Of a stretch of DNA of 64,000 nucleotides, positions 24,114 through 36,330 are shown one piece after another. Source of the DNA: Balanoglossus misakiensis (lineage: Eukaryota; Animalia; Hemichordata); the NCBI GenBank assembly GCA_040954595.2, contig CM082581.2:6440699-6504698 (forward strand), read 5' to 3'. Under the pieces are notes generated by a model. It worked only from the letters and a program-made list of their open reading frames with translations. It was not told the origin of the DNA and did not search any database. How positions within the stretch are numbered: position 1 is the stretch's first letter; every line of letters begins with the position of its first letter. Made by a program: the position numbers and the translations under genes.

Positions 24114-27100
24114 TGTATGTATGTATGTATGTATGTATGTATGTATGTATGTATGTATGTATGTATGTATGTATGTACATGTATGTACATGTATGTATAT
24201 ATGTATGCATGCATGCATGCATGTATGCCTATAACTATATACTTCATATAGCACCTTACTTCTTTCAGCTTTCGCGTCGTCTTTTCGCGTTATCGATGAT
24301 AACAATGATCACAGTTCCATGGTTATACCGTACGTGTACATCGACATGTAGAATTATGCACCAGCAAAAGATGTCAACGTAAACACCAGAGGACGGAAGG
24401 GAAGGGGGGGGGGGCAATAAATCAGAAGTCGACGCCAATGGGTCGGTGCGGACGTCAGCGGTACGAGGATCATAAAGACGTTGACAAGAAACATGGTAAC
24501 GGAGAGTTCGAATCCGATTCGAGCCTTGCACCAGGGTAAAGGAAGAGAACAATGAAGCATCAAAACATAGATGTTTATCGGTTCGAATAGAAGTATCGTT
24601 TTTTAATAAAGAATGATGAAGCATTCGGGGTTCAAAAAGTTGGCGGTTGTATATTTTTTCTGTGTGAAGTGACGCACGGCATATAGGGCTCACAAGGAAC
24701 CATTAATTACGCTCACTTAGTTTTGTCCAATGGTGCTGGTTCACCACACGCGATGCGTCATGGTTCTGTGGTCAAATAAACTTGACAGAATCTCTTCTCA
24801 GAGTGAATGAATTGGCCATTACTCGAAGTCAAACAGACACAAAGCGTGGCGTACGTTGTTTATTTATTGGCCGAGAAATCGCGAAATGGGGACGGGGGTA
24901 AAGTATATGATCTGTAGATATGCATTGAAGTTTTTTGCTAACTGTCTTGTATGGCTTTTGTTCGTATTTGTCTTGATTCAGTTACTATAAATGATTATTT
25001 AACTTACGAAGAGCCAAGATGTTTAGATATGATATTACCGCCTCGATCATAATATATAACCCTAATTAAAACCAAATCTTCAAATAACCCACCCAAAAAC
25101 TATGCCTTGAACATTTCCTCGCTTTGCTCAAGGTCCGAGGGACATTGCCCTAATTTAAACCGCAATACATTAACCCACCCTTCAAATATTCCTTTTCACA
25201 TCTCATCTACTCTTGACCGCGCATGAATCAACGTTATTTATTACTGCGAGACCATCACCGTCTCTCTTCCCGTCGGCATAAGACTTCATAGAGAACGTCT
25301 TATCCGTATCCTGTATACACCTATGCGGGCCTTTATTAATTGGCATGTACCGGGGTTTGGAAAGAAAGAACCCGCGTGTCCACGCTGTTCACACTACTTT
25401 TTCTAATGGAGCGTGACTTCCGCGGACAACATTACGGTCGGTATGCAAGATGACCCGTGCACCTGTCCGGTGAGAGGTGGTGGCCTGCAGAACGGTGCAA
25501 AACCAGGTGCTTCGATACTTTTGGAACTCGCCCAACGCGAAACGGCTTTGTGGAAAGAAACTCAGAAAATATGCAGACATCTCGATAATGTGTTAAGTGT
25601 TCACACAATGGTGCTTTATAGTGAATGGTTGGTGGGCATATTTCCGCAACCAAAATTTCTCCTCGTCTGCAGGACAATTTTGTGTACAAATGTACGTTTT
25701 CCAGTACATGTACTTGAAACTATTTAAATTCTTGTGGAATTCTCCGTATATATTCTCAACACACTACACGTTTTTGAGACCGCCGTCAATATTTTCCAGA
25801 CTTGCTTCCGAGCTGTCGATGGAGCGTTTGACCGTGGGAAAAGGGGTCTCCTAGTGGGTGCCGGTTTGGACCTCTCACCAGGAATCGACATGAACGCTAT
25901 TCCGCGTGTACTGTAAAAGTGCAGAGGAGCCTTGAACTTTAACTCATCGAAACCATTTAGACAGAAACAACCCATTGTTCAAATGATGTACCCTCGGGTC
26001 AGTTTCTATTCAGGCGATACCCATGTGTCGTGTTTGTCAAATTTGTCGCGATGCTAAACTGTTAATCTGGGTACGTCCACCGATCAGTCAATGTCTCTGT
26101 CGCATTTGATTACACCGCTCCACATATTGTGTGGCATGCAGCTGGCAGGGCCATGACACGACGTACTTTGACGACAGTGTCAAAGACAACTGGAAGAGTG
26201 TCGGTATAGACGGACACACAATGGGGTGTGGAATACCAAGAATTGCACCCACAGCATCTAGCTGGTTATACGAGGTGCACTTGGCACGCAGTGAATTGAC
26301 GAACGCCGGGTAATCGCAAGCAAATGTGTCAGTGTCGAATAAGTGATAGCAAGGTCACTGAGCCCGTAGACTCTGGGAATCCAGGATTCGATCTTCCTAT
26401 CTATCTATCTATCCATTCATCCATCCATCCACCCATCCACAGTGGTTAAAACGGTGTCACGTTATTGGCCATGATAAAACGTACGTCACCTATGTTTTTG
26501 CATATATGCAAAATTTAATTTATTAGCCAGTCAAAAAGGAATTCACCTGTACCTCTTGTACACGCTGTTTGCTTAGAGTTGTTGCTTTTTGTTCAACTAC
26601 GATGTACGTGTAGTTATTTTAACCCTAATCGAGCATACATGTAAATACCATGTAAGATAATGCAGTTGCCCCCCCCCCCCCCTCTCCCCCATTCACAGCG
26701 ATCAAGTAATTTGTCAGCACGTTTCGATTTCACACCCAGTCTTTTGGCACAGGGGCTTTTTCCTTTGTGTCCAGCGAAACAGTAGTTCTTGAAGTAGCAT
26801 TCCACTAGTGTTCAAGCCGACGATGCATAAAATATTAGCGTTTCGAGTTTCCGGAAAATTGCCCCCGCCAGCTAAAAGCCCTTCGCGTACATGCACTATG
26901 TCAAGGCAGTGTATTAATTACATGGTGAGTTGACAGACCCTGGAGAAAGTGTCCGTGACGTCACTCTTATTGCGACCGTGGCGTGTATAAACAACTTTAT
27001 TTTGAATGGAAAACAGTTCATGAATTGCACATTTGGGTCTGAAATTATTATTAATTTCACATTGATGCTTCGCAGGAGTTTGGCACGGTCCGATAAACTT

Positions 27101-29687
27101 TCACCGACAAGGGGTGTCTGCGCAGCTGTGTTGCAGCGCCGAAAATCACTCAACGTCGTGTACCACCGAGCATACGGCCAATTTCTGGCGTGAAGTGATA
27201 CTTAGGCGGGCGAGTGCCACGCACACCAACCTGTGTGGCCAAACTCCACGTAGCAGGACTCTCCTATATATTGTGCATCAGCACCTCGATTTTTGGTCAA
27301 TTTTGAATATTGTTCAAACGAAAAGCGTTTCCACGGTAACACTCCCTGCGGGGTCATTAACCAATTACAGCCCACCGAGTTGGCAAGTAATGCCCATTCA
27401 GCGTGTATGACGATGACATTAAAATTCAGTTGGGGGCAGTAAACATCTGTACTGACAGCATATTTGAGATGACTCCGATAGGACATCGTCCACCGTGTCA
27501 CATCTCAAGGGCACTGCAGTCTCCGCTCAACCTCGTTCCGGGTTTTCTCACTGCCTGGAACCGGTAACCCCCCCCCCCCCCAAAAAAAAAACGACATCCA
27601 ACCCCGCTGGGACCCACCACAAGAATTACAAACGGAAACCAATCGCCGGTTTTATACGATATATTAAAATCTCACTTCATCGTGGGGTTTTGCTATTTGC
27701 GTTTATGTAGCTCTTGTCGCGGAAATAAAAGTTTACGACGGCCATGAAAATTCCGGTTATTCCCGCTTAATCAGCAATGAAGCGCGTAATGGCTTCTAAA
27801 ATGTCGGTCTGTATGCTGTCTCTCTCATTTCCAACAATCCGCGTGGTTCACCTTGACCGATGCAATGTCGTGATTTATGTCCACAATAAAAAGTGGACTT
27901 GATAAGCGAGGAAAATTCGCACTGTCTCGTCACGTGCGCATCGCAGTCTTGACAAACATGTGCGGAAATTCATAGCCAAGGAAATGATGATTTAAGCCCC
28001 AAAACCATATAACTAAAGTCTTGAGCATTTTTATCTCCAACATTACCAGACCAGCAAAATGTCACATCGAATGTTCTTAAGCGCCCGCAAACGTCGTCGT
28101 TCCTGCTGATCAAACGACTACCATTTTGTGGCCAACGATCAGAAATTAAAATTCCTTTACCAGGATCTATGCAGAGGCCCCAAACCATCCCCAGGCAAAC
28201 CGACCCCCAACTCCATCGCGAAAGGTTAGGCAATTTAATAGGTGGTGGATTTGCAAGGCTTTGGGCGTTACTAATCGAATCAAGCAACCAGACATACTGA
28301 GGAACGCAACTGAACTGAACACTTCGAACTTTTGTTGCATCTCGGAAATCGTCGGTCTATTTTGCAGCTGTGCAACGTCACTGATTTTCTTAGTCCTGAA
28401 CTACAGTCATGTACTATCTGACAATACCATAAAACAAACTACGTCACAATCAACTATTATACCACAATGTGACTTTAAAAGAAGATTTACCGCTTGTGTA
28501 TGTGCAAATTGGAGAGTGATAAGATAATACGGATGTTTTCTGTAGCGCAAACATTAAGGTGAATACGATTTTCGCTGCAATATTATAACGATACGTGACA
28601 TTTATGCACAGAAAGACATTAATGAACAAACGTGGATCTGTCGTCAGATGATAAAAGGCAAAAGTTTTTGCGGACACCAAAATGATTTCATGAGTCGATA
28701 TGTGGACACATTCCGATCATGTCCTCACGGCGCGAAAGGTCAAGCCCAGGGAATTGCAAGCAATTAATGTATAATATAGAAACAAATAATAACGTGTCCT
28801 CACAAAATAAAGACGAGCATCCATACAATGCTCCAACACGGCCACTTCAAAGAACAATATCCTGTCTCAAAAGATGCTACCCCTCCCTGCCTTCCTGTAG
28901 TAGACGCTGCGGAAATTCCGGAGTTTACTTTAGAGGTTCGGTCGGGGTCACTGTCAACATGCAGTGGTACCCTTGGAATTGACAATGACGCATGACGAGT
29001 ATCAATTAACCGATAATGTTTGCCACATGTGTGGCATGAAGCACCCCCATGCACGAAGTGACCGCGTTCCGACCGTATTTATTTGGCCTTAACAGGTCAG
29101 TCGCAGTGTTTTTGTTTACAGGCGTAACAACACGGCTACTTAAAAACATTCGAAGGTTTTTGTTATGGATCTGGGACAGGCGGTAAATCTTCTTTTTAAA
29201 ATAGGCATTGAACTTGATGGAGGAAACGTAAAAAAATGTACTCACCGCTTGGGCAGGGCCCCTTGTGCAGGACGGAGATGTCTTTGCCGAAGCGATACAT
29301 GTCCGCCGTCACCTGGCACAGATTCTGGTAGGTCTGGCCGTTGGTGCCGCAGACGACATCGGTGTGTTGGCAGTAGCAGACGGTCAGCGGGTCTTCCGGG
29401 GTGTGTTCCGGGTGGGCCTTGCACACCAGGTCGGTGCCGCACTTGCCGTACTTGTAGTAGCGCCGATCGATCTTCACCAGCCCCTCGCGGTCGCACAGCA
29501 TGCCCTCGCGGTTGCCGCAGATCTCGCAGCAGCCGCAGCGGTCCTTCACCATCCCGGCGATGCAGCCGACCTGCGGGCCGCACTCCTCGGGCCGGCACTC
29601 CCCGCACTCCGGCAGGGGCTCGTGATCCGGCTGCGCCGCGACGAAACTCGAAAGTGCCGCCCAAAGCAAAAGCGCCAAAAGCTTCAT
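21867..29687 (-). CDS. IGFBP-related protein (IGFBP7/IGFBP-rP1/KAZALD1-like): signal peptide + IGFBP + Kazal + Ig domain + acidic tail; 3 exons, 291 aa
   Basis: Exons 29687-29246 (442 nt, G|GTGAGT), 23334-23005 (330 nt, G|GTAAGC) and 21970-21867 (104 nt, stop TAG); both introns phase 1. Signal peptide MKLLALLLWAALSSFVAAQ; IGFBP motif DRCGCCEIC; Kazal VCGTNGQTYQNLC...LHKGPC; Ig TLTCEATGYPSPSFEW...RGGPDKHQVTGWLQI...GEYSC, typical of the IGFBP7/KAZALD1/IGFBPL1 family. Confidence 0.93.
22737..22922. mobile_element. PIF/Harbinger-type MITE (186 bp, TAA target duplication) in intron 2 of the IGFBP-related gene
   Basis: TAA|GGGAATGGTCACAGTTTCTTCGGCC ... GGCCGAAGAAACTGACCAGTCCC|TAA; GGG termini with a TWA TSD are characteristic of Harbinger/Tourist elements. 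Confidence 0.8.
23005..23334 (-). CDS. IGFBP-related gene exon 2 (I-set Ig domain)
   Basis: Within ORF 22967..23536; acceptor GGCAG after a pyrimidine tract, donor GTAAGC; Ig C...W...YxC motifs. Confidence 0.93.
24084..24226. repeat. (ATGT)n tetranucleotide microsatellite, intronic
   Basis: Long TATG run degenerating into ACAT/GCAT variants. Confidence 0.95.
29246..29687 (-). CDS. IGFBP-related gene exon 1 (signal peptide, IGFBP and Kazal domains)
   Basis: ORF 29196..29687; GC-rich codons; Cys pattern CGECRPEEC...CGCCEIC...CGTDLVC...CYC...VCGTNG...C...GPC. Confidence 0.95.
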
Positions 29688-32600
29688 GGTTTTACCCCGT
29701 TACGCCTTCAAAACCAAGCCAGCGAGAACGTGCAAACGGTTAACGGTCGCAACAAAAAATAGAAAACCGGCGCAGATGGAAAGAAATGATTAATGATGAT
29801 GCTCCGCTTTCAGTTTTGGGTCGTATTTTCAGCGTAAAGTACTTCTAGGCTTGCGCGCACAATTAATCGGTTGTAGTCCCCCTTTCTCGGAGGGTAAGCA
29901 GCACTTATGGATTGGAACAACTCCAACAAATACCGGAGGTAATTTCCTAAGTACACCAAACCCGCCTTCTGAACTTCAGGGAACCCGAGCGCGAGTCGCC
30001 CGATGATGCTGGTGTTTGCGACAGAGTTCACCAAATGCGCCGAAAGAAAACTTTTTTCGCTGCCCAGCGCCGGCTTCTGCGCAAGTTCCGGGGGGCTTGC
30101 GCGCCCGGTAATGAACGCGACACGACCTAATAGTAACACAACACCACCGCGGGATTCCCGGAGCTATACAACAAATTCAATTTAGAAAACTTAAACGCGG
30201 CGCAATTTCAAGCACAGTCTGGGAAATTTCCTCGCTGAAAGCAAGGGACTTGTGGATAATTATCCCCTCACCTCCTCGCTGATAAACCGCTAACCTTTCG
30301 ACCGCCGTGTGAATTATCGGGAGCAATCTCTGGGTGGAAAATTCTCCGGGCGCTTGACCCTTGCTTTACACTCTGAACGCCGCCAACAGTTTCACTTGTG
30401 GCGCGGTAGGGAAGTTATTTCGGGAGATTTGCGTCGGCCAATCAGCCGGAAAAGTGCACCCGGAGAGAAGCACGCGAAATTACGTTCACCTGGACTAGAT
30501 TTGAAAAGGAAAGGGGTTCGGGTTACGTTTTGGGGGTTATTGCGTTCCTACTTGGCATTCCAGACAGCATTTCAACCCAAAGATGATTTTTTTCTGGACA
30601 AAATAGAGAATAACTCGGCTCACACTTCATTAAAACCTTTCTTTCTGCTGCAGTCTCTCATTTTCACAGTTTTATGACCTCCCACGTTCTTTGCTTCGAT
30701 ACGTGCAACTATAATGGCGACTTGGTTGGAAAATGTCTATTTAATTACAATACAAATCAAATGGAATCTTCCTCGCAATTCTTTGCCACACACGACCACA
30801 AAAATTGTGTATTGTGAGAGCTAACAACTTTAGATTCTTTAAATTAGTAGTTTCGCAGCCATGGTACAGAAATAGTGAATGCGCGTAGCGGGGATGCCAG
30901 GGAAGGATTCCCTCAGCTTTACGGCAACATCGTCGTAAATCACGTGCCTCTTTACGGCAAACACTGGTTCACGAGGAGATGTACGACACGAAACACAGGC
31001 TCACTCGGTGCGAAAGGCGCTAACCAAATTCAGACTGTATCGCAACCGCGGTGAATCAAGTCTATGAATGTCCAGCGTGTAGATATATGATAGCTAGAGG
31101 GCGCTCTCAAACCAGTCGACACCTTTCGATCGAATATATTGCCTCTCAAGATTCTTCATGTCCAATTATTTTCTCAATAAGCGAAGGAAAAATTGAGAGG
31201 GATGGGGAAGAAATCTTGTCCAAAAAATACATTGCAGCGACGGCCAGGCTATTTGCCGCATGATGTGCAACTGAGTGGCGACAATGAACTTTCTTGCCTA
31301 GGCTTCTAACCTACACCAAATCATGGACTCTGATACTGTCAAACAAATGGCTGCAGGTCAGGGGTCTTGGACTGAAACGAGGGAATCAGTAGTCGTTATC
31401 CACACATGGGTGAACTTATACACAAATCACACAACGCATCGCTGCAGACCGTGGAGTTTCTTGGCCTGAATACTTTTCACAGTAAAATACACATCAACGG
31501 GAGCAGGTCAAATGAGGATGTATCTTGACAAGAAATACAAGCGCGCAGCCGCGAGAGGGAGCGGGACCAAGGCAAGAGCTGACAATGGACTTCGGGTGCA
31601 AAGCATACGCGGGCATATGCATTTGCAGGGAATTATTCCTATCTTACAACTCTGTACCGTAGCCCTTGGTCTAGAACTTTAATTTGTCACGGAGCGATGG
31701 GAAAAAGTGTCGAGTCAAGGTTTGGAGTCAAGAACGCTTGATGGGAGAGAACTTAATAAAATAAACTTTCTCGGCCTTCGAGTAGGCAACTTTGACTCAA
31801 GCGACATGCCATGCCAGTTACATGTACATGGGTAGATTATTTCCAAGTACAAAAATGTTTAATTAAGTGAGTTTCCCCGAGGAGCAGGAACTGAGTCTGA
31901 ACGTGGCCTTTGATTTCCAAGGTAACAAACTCGTTCGCGCTATGTCTGCCGTATACAATCTGCATTTTATGCCTTTCAACACCTGGTGTGCGTGTATGTG
32001 GAGAACGCATTGATCACTTGCACTCAACACTGGCCTATCAGAAGTCGACGGATCAATTCGTATGACTGGCCTATTGATGATTTCAAGCATTTGCAATACA
32101 CCAACTCCCATGTTTTCCACGTCTTGCAATCATGGGAGACAGCGTCAGGTAATAACGGCGCTAACGCACAATGATAGAAAAAGGGCACCGACCTCTAGCG
32201 CGTGTCAAGATAACCCATTTCAAGAAGAATTTCATCGATTTTCTTATAAAGACAGATAAATAGCATAATCTTCTCCATTGTTCATTCTCACATCGATTTG
32301 AAGCGTCGATCTTTCTTAGGCATAATATTGGGTTTGAGCTATTCAAAGTTTTGCATAACAAAAGACTATTTGGTCTGGGGTACTCGGCATAAGAGAACTC
32401 TAGACCCAGAAGCACATGCTGACGTAATGCCGGGTCTACGTTAACTTGTCCTTATGCAGGAGACAATGAACTTTTGGACATGTGTACATGTATAGGGCCT
32501 GGCGAAGCTTAGGAGACGGGGGATTTATGTGGACTAGTGCAGAATAGACGAGGTTTCGCGAAATTCTCTGTTTGGTCTGCAACGAAATTGCTCCAGTGGC

Positions 32601-34149
32601 CGAAGATAGCAAAGGGCCGGTGATCCTATTTAGATTGAAATGATGAAGTGAATGGAAGAGGGCCTCCAAAAGACAATATGGGGAGGGACAATGGAGCGAT
32701 CGATGCCGGGATCCCTGTAATTATCGACGACGCCGTGCGAATTTGCGTCAGTGGATTTCGATCGAAACTGTGACCATGGTCACGTTAGGACGCCCATTGA
32801 CGTCGGCGGCTGAAGAACTAAAATGCAACATGAAGTTATAAGATTGGTGGCGCCCTAACTTATTATACGCAGATCATGCATACTGGCCAAAAGAGCGCCT
32901 CGCTCATGATGTTTTACCAGATTCAGCTATACAGGTATACGAAAATATCAAAAATTGCCATTTAACAGAAAATATCCTACGTGACGTTTGTCACGTGCTT
33001 CTTTACCTTAAGAGTGAAATTTCCGGTGTTTAATTGGGTGAATGAACGGGGTAAATATTTAATGACGGGCTTATTCTCTTGAAAGCACAGACTGCAATGT
33101 CTATTAATAGAGAGGGACTGACCCTGGTTTGTCTCGGAAAGAAATTAATAGATGCTAGACTTGGTCGACCAGCAAACGGTGGGGTTATGACTTAACAATT
33201 CAGAATTTGACGGAAGGGGAATGACACTGCGACGCGAGATACTCGTCTCATCGGCGAGACTGAGCAAACATAACCCATCCCAAAATTATCGATTCTTAGG
33301 ACTGGTCTTCATTCCCGGGTCTTCCTCCTACGTTTTCTTGAATTTCTCCAGTCACCAACGACTGCGTTAATTTATCATGCCCATGCTATTACGGATAATG
33401 GATAAACTCAAACTCACAAGTAACTGCTGGGCTGTGAATAGTTAAAGATGTCTTTGAGATATTTTAAGTTCCTTGATAATATATTTGATTTATAGAAAGC
33501 TTACGCAGGGATGATGGGGGCTGCTCGAACTTCCGTATGGTCACTGAGTACGCCTCATTAAAGAATCAAGACAAGGAAAACCTTGTTTTACAGCGTTAAA
33601 GCCTTTTTACGGCAGTGGTCATTTGACTAGCACCCGCTTGAGGGGGAATTGTATCGTATCTTGCCATTCAATGGTCACAAAAACCTTGGAAGAAATGAGT
33701 GTGACGGGTTAATCATAAACAAAATCCCTTAACCACACATGAAATCATTTCTACCATTGCCAATCTTTCACTCCTTTAAGAATACACGTGAAGGATCGCC
33801 ACTGAGAAGGCAGCAAACAAGAGACGCGACCAAATCAATCATAGAACTTCTGTCGAGGTCACAGTTTGAGCAACAGTGTTAAAAAAGATGCGATTGTTAA
33901 CATACAGGAATGGTAATAAACAGAAATGGAGCGGGTATTTGTGTTGAAGTCATTTCATTTCAAAAGCCGTCTTTCTGCCGATCTCTGACCCGAAATGAAG
34001 TTTGTTTGAAGCCACCTCGCATCAGTCTTGCGTGAAATCATTTTGGCGCCTCACCGACCATATTGTTCGTCTTGAAATGTAAGAAACTCTCTCCCAGGCT
34101 CAAAGTTGGCTGATTTTTCCCCTCCCAAATCTACTTAAAAGTGTATTAC

Positions 34150-34167
34150 CACAGTAGAGGGACTGTG
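34150..34167. mobile_element. 18-bp palindromic micro-insertion with 7-bp TSD (P/Galileo-like remnant)
   Basis: GTATTAC|CACAGT-AGAGGG-ACTGTG|GTATTAC; TSD at 34143-34149 and 34168-34174. Confidence 0.7.
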
Positions 34168-36316
34168 GTATTACCTAAATGTCAGCTGTGGATGAAAATA
34201 AGACTTTATACAGCTAATTACTGTACTATACGCGTTCGGTGATTTTTTCCCACGTGAAAACGCGTACGTGCAGTGATAAGGAGAACGAGGTGCCGTGTTA
34301 TTGTAGGAACAACGTGTCGCGAAGGCGCCCGCTGTACGCATGGTTGAGCGTGTTGCTGTAGGTCACCTTGACTACTGCGCCCTTACACGGGAATGACATG
34401 TTGCCCTGATAGACCCGATAAGCACCGTACGGTCAACTGTTTTGATGTAGTATCCGATCGATCAGCGGTATACCCTGTCGTCAACACAAGAAACCCTCAG
34501 ACAAGTCAACAAACAAACGCAGATTTCTTCGCGAGGTCCTTCGAGTAAACACAATTTATCTTGTTTTCACGACCTATTTATATCTGCACAGTCGACTCCA
34601 TTACAACGCAGTGTTCACATAGACGTTTAGGGATACGTACGGGGTGGGCAATGGGGAGGGGGTAGTTTCCCTGGCAGAGTCCTTAAGGAGAGAACAAGAT
34701 GACCCTCCCTGTCTTGTTTTACGATTCAGCCCTTAAGGGAAAAGGTGTAACTTGCGGATATTTCATTTTCCCCGTTCTATGAAGTAACTCCATGCTCAAA
34801 TACCTGGTATTCCGAATGTTAACAAAGCCTTACACGTTTAAACATAGATCACGGGTTTTAAAGGCATTCATCAAATGAATTTAAGTTCAGACTTGATTAA
34901 ATGTTCATTAATGACACTTGGCTGTACAACTACATGTAATGATTAGGTACATCATGGTTTTGGGAGTCGAGCAAGAAAGTGAAGGTAGAACAAAAATTCC
35001 GGAAAAACACAGTTATCATAAGAAGCCAGTCCACGATTATAAGTTCCCATATATAAACTCAATCTTCAGTTTTATAGTCCCTGTTCATACGTTTTACGAC
35101 TTTCACAACGGAGAACACCTGCGATTCAAGAAAGGTGACGGACAATAACATCGATCAAGACGAACGGGCCGTCACCCCTCTCTCGCTTCAAGGTGACGAC
35201 GGTATAAGTTATTGCGCAACCACATGCACCTGTTCGCTGATGTCGAAATTCCAGTCTTCTTGGCACGGCGGTGGGTGTTAATTGTAAACGCACAATGCTT
35301 GAGCACCTGTTTATGGTTACGATACCAAACAGCCAGAAATGACATAAATCCTTCAGTCATGACCAACAGATAAGTGGTCAGTACTCGAGCGGATAGTTGT
35401 CAATAAGTTATTTTTATGTGGAATGCAGTAGGCCTAATATACGTTCTTGGTATTTTAGTGCTGCACTGCACATCTTACTGTTAGACTACTTGACCATGCC
35501 TACTGTGCTACAGTTATACAAGGTTTTCTGCTGTGATGCGTTGCCCTGTGTTATACCGTAAAATATGATCCAATTGATGTTTTTCTGAATCAACAAGCGG
35601 GGGTTTGCTCTCACCGCTTGTGCAACAAGACTTATAAATGGTAGCCAGTCATAAAAATCGCTGCATTGCCAAATGTGGACACAAACGTAATGCTTTATTT
35701 ACCGAAGAATTTCTTAACCTTAATCCAAATGCGATTTGATTAAATTACATTTGGCATAGCAGGGCGTGATAACTTATGCACACTAATAAAGCCGTCATTT
35801 CACGAATACTGGGGAATTGTAAAAGCGCGATTTCTTCATCTTAATTGAACTTTGTTTGCCAAGGTTATTTTAATAGCAAAATATGTTATCAACCGTACCT
35901 CCTTTGAGATTTGTCATTCGCTTAGTGGAGGTAATGTTTACCGTATGATTACGCCATATTTGATCAGTAAGGAGGTAGCGTGCAACCATGGAAACCAACG
36001 TTGCTAATGCAATTAGGGTCAGCTAGGCAATAGAGAATTTCCTTCTTACGCCAAATCGAAAGTGTATATTTCCAGTGAAAACAAGGCATTTCATTTCCTT
36101 TTTGTTTGCAATTAATTTCCTAATTTGTGGGGGAAAGGCAATTGCTTTCTGCGAACCAATAAGTACCATTGAAATATCACGTCTTCGCTATCAATCTAGG
36201 CAGTGTGTGACAATAATTTCATAGTAATATGGAGTACACGTGCCTCGAAAAATCAGCGATTATTTCACCATTGTGACCATTACGTTTTCATTTCCATAAA
36301 GAGGCGTCTGGTATAC

Positions 36317-36330
36317 CATGGACCTCCATG
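36317..36330. mobile_element. 14-bp palindromic micro-insertion with 7-bp TSD (P/Galileo-like remnant)
   Basis: GGTATAC|CATGGA-CC-TCCATG|GGTATAC; TSD at 36310-36316 and 36331-36337. Confidence 0.72.

Noticed and set aside
29165-29762. Long + strand ORFs over the IGFBP exon (similar ones at 2355, 49056, 55745, 56558, 62996)
   Set aside because: Antisense shadows of GC-rich minus-strand coding exons.
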